From the NCBI GenBank assembly GCA_963662315.1, contig OY759353.1, forward strand, positions 3,264,001 through 3,328,000: a stretch of 64,000 bases of DNA. The letters are read 5' to 3'. The stretch comes from Geopsychrobacteraceae bacterium (GTDB lineage: Bacteria; Desulfobacterota; Desulfuromonadia; Desulfuromonadales; Geopsychrobacteraceae). Each line of letters opens with the position of its first letter. Position 1 is the first letter of the stretch. Below, in pieces: positions 1 to 9,700 of the stretch. A program made the translations under genes and the position numbers. The notes beneath the pieces are model-generated. The model worked only from the letters and a program-made list of their open reading frames with translations. It did not search any database and was not told the DNA's origin.

Positions 1-93
1 CCAGGTTTTGGACCGGCGTCCCAGCAGGTTGACGAAAAATGCAGTTAAAAGCGGTACTGCCAAGACGAAAAGAGGTAGATTCGATGCACTCAT
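1..93 (-). CDS. mrpD: Mrp/Mnh Na+/H+ antiporter subunit D, N-terminus (runs off the window)
   Basis: ATG at 93 overlaps the mrpC stop (ATGA); hydrophobic open frame MSASNLPLFVLAVPLLTAFFVNLLGRRSKTW; position directly after mrpC. Confidence 0.7.
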   Translation of the reverse strand, partial: MSASNLPLFVLAVPLLTAFFVNLLGRRSKTW

Positions 94-473
94 TTTCCGA
101 GTTTCTCCAGGATTTCACCCTCTTCGAGGGTCCCATATTCACGATAAATGCGCTGCAGAATAGCCAGGGCCACACCGGTAACACTGACCGAAACGACGAT
201 GGCGGTAAGCATAAGGACATGGGGTAACGGGTTGACGATGGTTGCAATGTCTACCCCGTGTTCAAGGACTTCATGCTTATCAAGGATAGGGATCCTGGCT
301 CCTTGTTTGACTCCGGCGGAGACAAACATCAGGATGATAGCGGTTTGAAAGATGTTCATACCGATCAGTTTTTTGACCAGATTCTTTTTGCCGATCATGG
401 CATAAAATCCGATCATCATCAGGGCGACGTAAATCCAGTAGTTAAATTTGGCAACGAAAATTTCAGCACCCAT
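90..473 (-). CDS. mrpC: Na+/H+ antiporter subunit C
   Basis: KNLVKKLIGMNIFQTAIIL and NPLPHVLMLTAIVV motifs. Confidence 0.92.
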   Translation of the reverse strand: MGAEIFVAKFNYWIYVALMMIGFYAMIGKKNLVKKLIGMNIFQTAIILMFVSAGVKQGARIPILDKHEVLEHGVDIATIVNPLPHVLMLTAIVVSVSVTGVALAILQRIYREYGTLEEGEILEKLGK

Positions 474-476
474 GGT

Positions 477-956
477 TTAAAGCCCCTCTTCCATTTCACC
501 TTTTGATCCGAGCACCCAGAACAGGGCAGCCATAATACTCATAACAGCTAAACCGACGCCGACCTCGACAACGAAAATGCCAAAGGAGCGCCATTCCACC
601 GGTCCTAAAGGAATAATGGCATCCAGGGCACTGTAGTCGAGAAACATGCCGCCGAACAGGGCGCAGAGTGCCGCAGTCCCGGTGTAGATAAGAACACCAA
701 TGTTACCAAAGATGTTATTGGCGGTTTCGGACATGTACTGCATGGAAAACTTTTGGTCAAAGGCCAGAGCCAGGGCAACGAAAGATGCGCCCAGGATAAC
801 ACCGCCCTGGAATCCGCCCCCGGGACTGTAGTGACCATGAACGATGACATACAAGCCAAAAAGTTGAATAAACGGGACCAGCAGGCGGACGGCGGTCTGA
901 ATGATAAGGCTTTCACCGAGCTTCTGTTTGGCTGTGCGTTCCTGTAGTAACTTCAT
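477..956 (-). CDS. mrpB: Na+/H+ antiporter MnhB-domain subunit
   Basis: HGHYSPGGGFQGG signature; VEVGVGLAV. Confidence 0.9.
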   Translation of the reverse strand: MKLLQERTAKQKLGESLIIQTAVRLLVPFIQLFGLYVIVHGHYSPGGGFQGGVILGASFVALALAFDQKFSMQYMSETANNIFGNIGVLIYTGTAALCALFGGMFLDYSALDAIIPLGPVEWRSFGIFVVEVGVGLAVMSIMAALFWVLGSKGEMEEGL

Positions 957-973
957 GGTGTTCTCCGCCTTTT

Positions 974-1252
974 TTAGTCCTGTTTCTTCTTTTTGCGCAG
1001 TATGCTCATAACCGCCATTCCGGCACAGTAGATAACGACAGTTTCGAACATGGTGTCGTAACCACGGTAATCTCCGAGGACGGCTGTAACAATATTCGGT
1101 ACGTGGGTTTCAGGGACCGCTTCTTTAATAAAATAAGCGGACAGATGTTGGGATGCCGGAGAATTTGGATCGCCGAAGGCCGGGAAATCCATGGTGCCGT
1201 AAAGCAGAACCACACCGGTAACAAATGTTGCAAGCAGGGCGAGAGCTTTCAA
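974..1252 (-). CDS. Mrp split subunit (MbhE-like / MrpB N-terminal part)
   Basis: PNIVTAVLGDYRGYDTMFETVVI motif. Confidence 0.85.
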   Translation of the reverse strand: MKALALLATFVTGVVLLYGTMDFPAFGDPNSPASQHLSAYFIKEAVPETHVPNIVTAVLGDYRGYDTMFETVVIYCAGMAVMSILRKKKKQD

Positions 1253-1494
1253 TCCTTACTCCTTCTTGTGGTATTCAAAATGGCGGCAATAAAGAGCACG
1301 GTACTGATCCCGGCGCCGACTGTCGCTTCAGTAAACGCAACGTCAACCGCCCCCATTTCAGCCCACAGCAAACACATAAAGAAACTGTAAACGCCAAAAA
1401 TAATCGTGGCACTGAGCAGATCCTTAACTGTGATGGCCGCAATGGCACAAACGACAACAAGTAGCAGAATCAGTAAGTCAAGAGCCCAGATCAT
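1249..1494 (-). CDS. Mrp split subunit (DUF4040 / MbhD-like)
   Basis: AVDVAFTEATVGAGIST motif; about three TM segments. Confidence 0.85.
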   Translation of the reverse strand: MIWALDLLILLLVVVCAIAAITVKDLLSATIIFGVYSFFMCLLWAEMGAVDVAFTEATVGAGISTVLFIAAILNTTRRSKD

Positions 1495-1496
1495 AA

Positions 1497-1814
1497 CTAT
1501 CTCTTCTTCTTGGCCCAGGGAGCGATGCCGATTACCAGGGCCGTTTTGGTAATGGCATGTGTTGCGGTCGGGCTGGCGACATAGATAAAAACTGCAATCA
1601 GCATGATTTTGATAGCAACCAGAATGCTAGCGAAGCTGACATCCTGTAATTGATAAAGGGCGGCGGCGATAACAATGAGCACTGCTGCCAGAGAATCCGA
1701 TTTGCCGGCAGCATGCAGGCGGCTGTAAAAGTCTGGAAAGCGCAGTACGCCAACAACGCCGATCGTAAAGAAGAACAATCCGGTAATCAGAAACAGGAAG
1801 ATAACAATATTCAT
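1497..1814 (-). CDS. mrpG: Na+/H+ antiporter subunit G
   Basis: GVLRFPDFYSRLHAAGK and SPTATHAI motifs. Confidence 0.92.
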   Translation of the reverse strand: MNIVIFLFLITGLFFFTIGVVGVLRFPDFYSRLHAAGKSDSLAAVLIVIAAALYQLQDVSFASILVAIKIMLIAVFIYVASPTATHAITKTALVIGIAPWAKKKR

Positions 1815-2161
1815 GGGTTTTCTCCTGAGGCGGAGGTGTTCTGATCGTCATGCAGAGGAGCTTCGCGATCAAGGAAATTACTCAGTATTTCCTCTGCATG
1901 TTTTTTGCGCAGGAAATATCTTGTGGCACCTAATGTTGCAATAAAGTTAAGCAATGCATAGGCGATGGCGATATCGACATACATGGCAAGGTCACCCATG
2001 AGGATGCCGATTAGCAGCAGCAAGGTCGTTGTTTTTGTGCCGATAATGTTGCCACCAAGAATACGATCGAGAACCGTAGGACCGGCAATCAAGCGGTACA
2101 TACTGAGCAACATGAGGAAAATAAGCCAGACTCCGGCATAAAGGAAGGAATTCTCAAGCAT
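1811..2161 (-). CDS. mrpF: Na+/H+ antiporter subunit F
   Basis: RLIAGPTVLDR and DIAIAYALLNFIAT motifs. Confidence 0.9.
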   Translation of the reverse strand: MLENSFLYAGVWLIFLMLLSMYRLIAGPTVLDRILGGNIIGTKTTTLLLLIGILMGDLAMYVDIAIAYALLNFIATLGATRYFLRKKHAEEILSNFLDREAPLHDDQNTSASGENP

Positions 2162-2642
2162 GCTCTCTAATCTCCAGCGCTTTTGCTACACGTTGTTCCA
2201 TTTCACCAGGAAGTCCAGCCGCTGCTTTTTGGGTCAGGGCATATACGGCGATCTGATTTTCGAAAATATTTACCGTGATGGTTCCAGGGGTCAAGGTAAT
2301 TGATTGCGCCAGGGCCACTTTGGAAATCGGTCTTTTTAAAATGGTTTCAAAGCGGAACAGGTGAGGGTCAATCAGATCCAGCATGCGTGGGTGTAAAACG
2401 ATGTAGGTAATCTCCAGATTCGCCAGGATGATCTGTCCCAGCAGGTATGGAAGGTAAGCAACCATCCGGAACGATTCTCTGATCCACGATTTTCCAGCAT
2501 CAGGAAACAGCAGATTGCTGCTGAATATAGAGACGATCAGGCAGCAAAGAATTCCCAGGGAAAAATGAAACGGATCGAACATACCGGACATGACGATCCA
2601 GAAGATCAGCATAATGATGAATGTGGCAATTTTGGCCTTCAT
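2154..2642 (-). CDS. mrpE: Na+/H+ antiporter subunit E
   Basis: LAQSITLTPGTITV motif; ATG 2642 chosen from the upstream GGAG. Confidence 0.9.
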   Translation of the reverse strand: MKAKIATFIIMLIFWIVMSGMFDPFHFSLGILCCLIVSIFSSNLLFPDAGKSWIRESFRMVAYLPYLLGQIILANLEITYIVLHPRMLDLIDPHLFRFETILKRPISKVALAQSITLTPGTITVNIFENQIAVYALTQKAAAGLPGEMEQRVAKALEIREHA

Positions 2643-2945
2643 AAGATGCAACTCCAGTGCTGCTACCAGACGATCTGGGGTTAAAAAGCGTTTTTAAGAT
2701 AGTGATAACCTTAACAGAAAGTTCAATCATTTCATGTCAGGCAGATCCGCCTGGCCTGGTCACATGGGCAACAGGGGATAAAAGGCTTTGGTGCGATGTT
2801 CTTATCTAACAATCATAAGAAGTGGCTGTTTAACAGACTCTTCTTCTCTCCGTTACAAAAAAACAATTCATAGAGGTGAGCTGGATTAAGTTACGCTAGA
2901 CTACTTTTGAAAAGCTGTTTAACGTCATATCATTATAATTAAGTT

Positions 2946-2974
2946 TGTCTAGCATGGACCCAACCGAGGGTCAA
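2946..2974 (-). promoter_or_regulatory. Possible sigma70 promoter for the mrp operon
   Basis: TTGACC-17 bp-TAGACA with an upstream TG on the minus strand; -10 is imperfect. Confidence 0.3.
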
Positions 2975-3357
2975 TAAAATCCCATATAACGAACCAAAAA
3001 TTGAATTTGGGAATGACAGCGTCGCCGAAATCCGGCGAAACCTGCGTATCCGCTATAAACTCCATATTTGGTGTATTATTCCGCTAAATGTTCTTGAGCA
3101 CAACTGTTTTCGGAATAAAATTATCTTTCTTTCTCCCATCTAAGTTTATGCGGGAAATGTGCCAAACGTTAATGGTTGGAAATGTAACCCTTTTATGAAA
3201 GTGAAAATGGTCCTAAATCAGGAAGTTATGGCAGCGCATCCCGCGCGGAAGAAAGAGCTGTCTGGCAGCGGGGTATCAATATGTCGACAGGTTGTGAGAA
3301 AATATTATTCAAACATGGGTCAGGCCTGATGATTTTTGCACCTGCGCGGGGGCTCAG

Positions 3358-3765
3358 CTATTCAGCCAGGGCTTGTGCAGAATCACGATAACGCTTAGGG
3401 ATCTGCTCCAGGTGATCAGCAAATTGCAGGTCGCCCTGTCCATCGACATAAAGATAACGATTAGCTGTTTTCTTGACTTTGGCGACAGCTGTTTTGCTGA
3501 TAACAGATGCTATGGTATCCGGATTTTTAGCTGCCTTTGCAGGTGACTTGGGCTGAGAACGCTGGACTGTTGGGGGGATGGTCGTTGTCGGGTTCTTATG
3601 GTCAAGGATAACGTTGGCCAACCGATGGCGGAAATCAACATAAAACTTTTGGGTTTCGGCTAGCCCGGGGGTTGTCAGTGGTAAGGAAACCATCAGCTGG
3701 TCAAAGCTCAGGCTCATGGCACAGATGACCACCAACCATAAAAAATATCTGAAAAGTTTAAACAT
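3358..3765 (-). CDS. Hypothetical membrane-anchored protein (C-terminal DUF4124-like motif)
   Basis: N-terminal TM, P/T/K linker, RYLYVDGQGDLQFADHLEQIP; GGAG upstream of ATG 3765. Confidence 0.6.
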   Translation of the reverse strand: MFKLFRYFLWLVVICAMSLSFDQLMVSLPLTTPGLAETQKFYVDFRHRLANVILDHKNPTTTIPPTVQRSQPKSPAKAAKNPDTIASVISKTAVAKVKKTANRYLYVDGQGDLQFADHLEQIPKRYRDSAQALAE

Positions 3766-3974
3766 GCAAGCACTCCGATCAGGCAGCTGCACACCGGCGA
3801 TGCGTCCGACTATTGTCGGGCTGATAATAATATAGTATGAAAGGCAGGTTCGCGGACATATTACCTGTGCTGTCCCGTAAACTCAAGCCATGTAAAGACA
3901 GTGAGAAGGTTTCCTTTTCACGGTGATTATGCAAGAATACGCATTCGTCGATTTTACCTTAAGGAGCATGTACG

Positions 3975-4928
3975 ATGAGTGACACACAATACGATGTGAT
4001 TATCATAGGCGGTGGCCCTGCCGGAATGACCGCCGGTCTTTACGCATCCCGCGCCTGCCTGAAATCTTTGATGCTGGAAAAAATGATTATGGGTGGTCAG
4101 ATGATGACGACCACTCTGGTTGAAAACTGGCCGGGTTTTCCCGGAGGGATTGAAGGTCCCGAACTGATGATGCGTTTTCAGGAGCATTGTGTTGAGTTCG
4201 GACTTGAAACTGGTTATGGATCGGTCGATAAAATCATTGATCACGGCAATTTCAAAACCCTGATCGTTGATGGCAAAGAAATGACCTGCAGAGCCGTTAT
4301 TATCGCTACTGGAGTTGTGCCGCGTAAGCTGGGTTTGGCCGAAGAAGCGGCCTTGGTCGGTCGCGGTATTTCCTATTGTGCGACCTGTGATGGGGCTTTC
4401 TTTCGTAATGTTCCTATTGCTGTTGTCGGCGGAGGAGACACTGCCGCAGAAGAGGCGCTGTATCTGACCCGTTTTGCCAGCAAGGTGTATCTGATTCATC
4501 GTCGCGATAAACTGCGGGCGACCAAGATTCTGCAAGACCGCGTTATGGCAAATGATAAAATTGAAATTCTCTGGAATTCCGTTGTCGATGGTCTGCTGGC
4601 CGATAAAAGTGGCCTGAATGGAGCGGTGCTGAAAGATACTCAGACTGGCGAAACGCGTAACCTTGAAGTTCAGGGGCTGTTCGTTGCAGTTGGAGTTACA
4701 CCTACTTCTGATTTTGCTGGTGACCTGCTGAACAGAACAGCGGAGGGATACATTATTGCCGGTGAGGATACCAAAACCAATGTGCCCGGTATCTTCGCTG
4801 CCGGAGACTGTCGTACGACAGTCCTTAAACAGGTTTCAACCGCTGTCGGGGATGGCGCGGTTTCAGCTATTCAGGCTGAAAAATATATTGATGAAATGGC
4901 GCACCTGGAAAAAGTCGCCGCGCAGTAG
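3975..4928 (+). CDS. trxB: Thioredoxin-disulfide reductase
   Basis: GGGPAG FAD motif, GISYCATCDG active site, GGGDTA NADPH motif. Confidence 0.97.
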   Translation: MSDTQYDVIIIGGGPAGMTAGLYASRACLKSLMLEKMIMGGQMMTTTLVENWPGFPGGIEGPELMMRFQEHCVEFGLETGYGSVDKIIDHGNFKTLIVDGKEMTCRAVIIATGVVPRKLGLAEEAALVGRGISYCATCDGAFFRNVPIAVVGGGDTAAEEALYLTRFASKVYLIHRRDKLRATKILQDRVMANDKIEILWNSVVDGLLADKSGLNGAVLKDTQTGETRNLEVQGLFVAVGVTPTSDFAGDLLNRTAEGYIIAGEDTKTNVPGIFAAGDCRTTVLKQVSTAVGDGAVSAIQAEKYIDEMAHLEKVAAQ

Positions 4929-4998
4929 GCTGCAGTACACACATATTTTTATCAAATAAGCGCAAGTATTCTGCTGTAGAGCAGAGCCAGGGGGGGAT

Positions 4999-6528
4999 AT
5001 GCTTGCAAAAGTCTGTTCAGGTGCCCTGATTGGTATCGACGCCTATCCCGTTGAGGTGGAGGTTGATATCGCTCAGGGGTTGCCGCAATTTTCTACCGTT
5101 GGGTTACCCGAAGGTGCGGTCAAAGAAAGTAAAGACCGGGTCAAATCTGCCATTAAGAATTCCGGCTACGACTTTCCGGCGCGCCGGATCACTATCAATC
5201 TTGCTCCGGCAGATATCCGCAAGGACGGAGCCGCGTTCGACTTGCCGATTGCCATAGGTTTGTTATGTGCTACGGGGGTTGTTGATCAGGAGCGGGTGGC
5301 GCGCTTTGTTTTGCTGGGGGAACTGTCTCTCGATGGCCGTATTAAGCCGGTTCGCGGGGTATTGCCGGTTACCGTGGCGGCACGGGAATGGGGGACCGAA
5401 GCCTTGATTCTGCCGCGCGAAAACGCCGAAGAGGGAGCCGTTGTTGCCGGGCCGGCCGTGTATGCCGTCAGTGATTTGTCTGAAGTCGTTGGCCTGATCA
5501 ATGGTGATTTCAATCCTGAACCGTATCGGCCCCAGGCCAGTGATGAGGGGGCAGTTGTTGCCATTGAGGGGGAGGATTTTGCTGAAGTGCGGGGGCAGGA
5601 ACATGTTAAACGTGCTCTGGAGGTTGCCGCAGCCGGAGCTCACAACATCCTTATGAGTGGTCCCCCGGGCAGTGGTAAAACCATGCTTGCTCGGCGGCTG
5701 CCGACAATCCTGCCCGATTTTTCCTTTGAGGAATCTCTGGAAACAACCAAAATTCATTCGGTGGCCGGTCTGTTGTCCCGCAACCATGCCTTACTCAGGC
5801 AGCGTCCTTTCAGGTCGCCGCATCATACCATTTCAGATGCCGGTCTGATCGGCGGGGGCAGTTATCCGCGGCCGGGCGAAGTGTCCCTGGCCCATTGCGG
5901 CATCCTGTTTCTGGATGAGTTCCCTGAATTTAAAAAGAATGTGCTGGAGATGTTACGTCAGCCCCTGGAAGATGGTCAGGTTTCGATCAGCCGTGCCGCG
6001 CTGAGTTTGACCTATCCGGCCAATTTTATGTTGGTGGCGGCCATGAACCCCTGCCCCTGTGGCTTCAGTGGCGATACCCAGCATGATTGTTCCTGTACCC
6101 CGGTCATGATTCAGCGTTATCGAAGCCGTCTGTCTGGTCCGCTGCTCGATCGTATTGATCTTCATGTCGAAGTTCCGCGTGTTCCACATCGGGATTTAAC
6201 CAATCTGCAACCCGCTGAGTCGAGTGCGACCATCCGCAAGCGCGTCAATCAGGCTCGTGCAATTCAGCATCAGCGCCTGGCTGCTTACGGTTTATACGCC
6301 AATAGTCAGATGCAGGCCCGGCATATCCGGAAATTCTGTCAACTTGATGAAGCCGGTGATCGCCTGCTGGAACAGGTGACAGACAAACTGGGGCTGTCGG
6401 CGCGCAGTTTCACCAGAATTCTCAAATTGGCACGGACCATCGCTGATCTGGCCGGGGAAGAGCAGATCTGTCCGAGGCACCTGGGGGAAGCGATTCAATA
6501 CCGTGGGCTTGACCGAAAGACAAGTTAG
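4999..6528 (+). CDS. comM: YifB/ComM family Mg-chelatase-like AAA+ ATPase
   Basis: [51 protein letters not shown]. Confidence 0.95.
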   Translation: MLAKVCSGALIGIDAYPVEVEVDIAQGLPQFSTVGLPEGAVKESKDRVKSAIKNSGYDFPARRITINLAPADIRKDGAAFDLPIAIGLLCATGVVDQERVARFVLLGELSLDGRIKPVRGVLPVTVAAREWGTEALILPRENAEEGAVVAGPAVYAVSDLSEVVGLINGDFNPEPYRPQASDEGAVVAIEGEDFAEVRGQEHVKRALEVAAAGAHNILMSGPPGSGKTMLARRLPTILPDFSFEESLETTKIHSVAGLLSRNHALLRQRPFRSPHHTISDAGLIGGGSYPRPGEVSLAHCGILFLDEFPEFKKNVLEMLRQPLEDGQVSISRAALSLTYPANFMLVAAMNPCPCGFSGDTQHDCSCTPVMIQRYRSRLSGPLLDRIDLHVEVPRVPHRDLTNLQPAESSATIRKRVNQARAIQHQRLAAYGLYANSQMQARHIRKFCQLDEAGDRLLEQVTDKLGLSARSFTRILKLARTIADLAGEEQICPRHLGEAIQYRGLDRKTS

Positions 6529-6537
6529 TTTTTATCC

Positions 6538-6657
6538 GGAAACGGCCCTTTTCCGCTGTGGCGGTGTCACTCTGCGGGTTTTCTTGTGCGGCGTAAAGGA
6601 CTACGCCTCCGCGCAACCCCTTGATTTCCTTGCCACAACGAAAAATTGCTCGTTTCC
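6538..6657. repeat. Nested imperfect palindrome (REP/MITE-like element)
   Basis: GGAAACG/CGTTTCC, TTTTCCGCTGTGGC/GCCACAACGAAAA and GGCGTA/TACGCC arms pair in nested order. Confidence 0.55.
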
Positions 6658-6779
6658 AATCTGAAAACTTAGCCGTTGCCCTTCGGAGTTTCCGGATGGC
6701 AACTAGTTAGTTTATTTAGAGTTGGATTCTTATAGAAGTCGGGTTAATTGATATTTTTATCTGATAGGTATGAGCTTTT

Positions 6780-9700
6780 ATGAAAATTTTAGCAAAACGT
6801 TTTGTTGGAAAGACCCTGGTTTATGCTCTGCTTGTTGTTCTGACCGGTCAAAGTGTTTTTGGCGCGAGCTTTGATTGCGCAAAAGCAACGACTGGTATTG
6901 AAAAAATGATCTGTGACAATCCCGCTGTATCTCAACAGGACAGTGAACTGGGAGAGCTTTACGCGACAGTTGTCGAGCAGAGCCGCTACCCCGGCAATAT
7001 TAAAAGCGCGCAGCGGCAGTGGCTGAAAGCCCGTAACCAATGTGCCTCGGTGGCCTGTCTGAATGATCAGTATCAACTGCGACAGACGGCTCTGCAGGAA
7101 CAACTGCTTAAAATACAGTACAGTGGTCAGCCTCTAAAAATAACCTCTGCTCTGGAACAAACCTATGATAACGCCTCTGCTTTGGCAGTACGTTTTTCTG
7201 TTCCTCTGGATAAACACGCTGATTATAAAAAGTTTTTTCAGCTTGAGACCAATAATGAAAAGCAGCCGCAGAGTAGCTGGATTCTCAGTGAAGATGGTTT
7301 GCTGGCCATCTTTCCCTTCGTTGAACCCAAAACAGAATATGTTTTGACGGTTAAGCCTGGTTTGCTGGCGATAAACGGTGCAAAACAGGTTGATCTGTTC
7401 ACGACCAAGATCACCACGCGGCGCAATGAGCCGAGTGCTTCTTTTGCCGGCAGTGCTGCGGTCATGAGTACGAAATTGAAACGTGCCTTGCCGGTCACTA
7501 CGTTAAATGTCGATGCTGTCGATGTGGATATTTTCCGCATTAATCCGGATGCCATTCCTGCCTGGAGCTATTTTAATACCAGTAAGCAGCGTGAATATTA
7601 TGAATTCACCTCTTTCGCCAAGGAAAACCCCCTGGTTTACAGTGGGCGTTTCGATATTGAGCAGCGCCGCAACCAGCGTGGAACCCAAAATCTTGATCTG
7701 TCCGAGGTCACCGCCCTCGATAAGCCAGGAGCATACTTGGCGGTATTGCGGGTTCCTGGGCAATATGCCTACAGCTATGACACCAACTTCTTTACGGTCA
7801 GCGACATCGGGCTGCAGGTTCGTCGACATCGTGAGCACCTGGTCGTATTCTGCAGTTCCATCGGCTCTGGAGCCAATCTTGATAATGTGGAGATTTCCCT
7901 CTATCAGAGTAACAAGCTGGTCGCCCAGGTTGTGACCGATGAAAACGGGGTGGCCGAATTCAATGACTGGTTTGAGGACAACACCGTACTGGTTGCTCGC
8001 CAGGGAGATCAGATCAGTGTCCTGCGCTTTGATCAGCCCCTTGATCTTTCCGGTATTCGTAATGCCATCAGCCGTCATCTGCCACGTCAGGCTTTTGCCT
8101 GGGGTCCGCGGAACATTTACCGGCCCGGAGAAACGGTAATGACCTATGCCCTGCTGCGCGATTACGATGGGCGCCAAGTGCGTTCCGTTCCGTTACGCGT
8201 TGAGCTGATCGATGGCAGCGGCAACAGTCTAAAAACCCTGACTGTCAATGCCGGTAGCGAGGGGAGCTATCAGTTCAGCTATGATTTGCCTCGTGATGCC
8301 AAAACCGGTCCCTGGAAGCTGGTTTACCGAGAACCCGGTAAGGACAGTATCATCCATGAATACAAGTTTGCCGTGGAGGATTTTCTTCCAGAACGTATGA
8401 GCCTGACCCTGCTTGACGGCAAGGATGAGGTTCAGCACCTGGTCTATGGGGATGGTCAGCTGACCCTGCCTGTCCAGGGGGACTATCTTTATGGTGCTCC
8501 GGCCGCGGGGAACAAAGCTGATGGCTTTGTCGGTGTTGAACTTGAGCGCCACCCCTTCGAGCAGTGGAAAACCTTCTCCTTTGGTATCGCAGATAAAAAA
8601 ATTGAACGGCAACGTTTGCCCCTTGATGAAATAGCTTTAGATGAACATGGGCATGGGCAATGGCAGGTGGCTCTCGCCCAATGGCAGGATATCGATTCTC
8701 CCCTGGCGTTAACTGTCACCGCCAGTCTTTATGAAAGTGGTGGCCGCCCGGTCACGCGCAGTACCACCGTAACCAGGATCAAAGGCGAACAGCTGATCGG
8801 GATCGAACCGCAATTCTCCGAGCGTCCCGAAAATGACAGCCGTCCTGAATTCCGGCTGATTGTTACCGATAGTAACGGAAATTTGCTAACGGGAAATGAC
8901 TATCGTTACTCATTGGTGCGTGAAGATCGTAACTACTACTGGACTTACGATGAAAACTCAGGTTGGGAATGGCACTATGATCCCATGGAGTATGAAGTCT
9001 TTTCCGGCCAGTTGAAGTTCGATGGAGCCCAGGCGACCAGAATTGCTACGCCGGTACAGTGGGGCAATTATCGCCTGGAAGTTTACTCCCCACAAAATCA
9101 ACTCCTGTCCACTTATCGTTTCCGCACTTCCTGGTACTGGTGGGGCAACAGTGCTGAAGAAAGTGGTCTCAAGCCGGATCAGGTCCGGATGACGTTCCGG
9201 GACGGAAGTTATCAGCAGGGGCAAACCGCTCATCTGCTGTTGACACCGCCAACCGACGGCTTGGCCACCATTACGGTGGAAACCAATGAAGAAATTCTGT
9301 GGATCAGTCAGCAGCAGGTCGCATCAGCGGGCAGTGATATTGACATCCCTGTTGAAAAAGATTGGTTCCGGCATGATATTTATGTCACTGCTACGGTACT
9401 TGCTCCTGGCGATATGAAACATTCGGTTGCCCCCAAACGTGCCTTCGGTTTTGTCAATCTGCCCCTGAAGCGCAAGGATGCCGATCTGAATGTGACCATT
9501 GAGGCGCCTGAGCGGGTTGAATCGGGGCGTGATGTTGAGGCCCGGGTTAAAATTTCCGCGCCAGGCGGGGTTCCAGACAACACTTATGTGACCCTGGCGG
9601 CTGTTGATATTGGTGTTCTGAATATCACCCGTTACAAAACCCCGAACCCTGGTGCTTATTTCTATGCGGCCCGACGTTATGATGTTGACTATTATGATAT

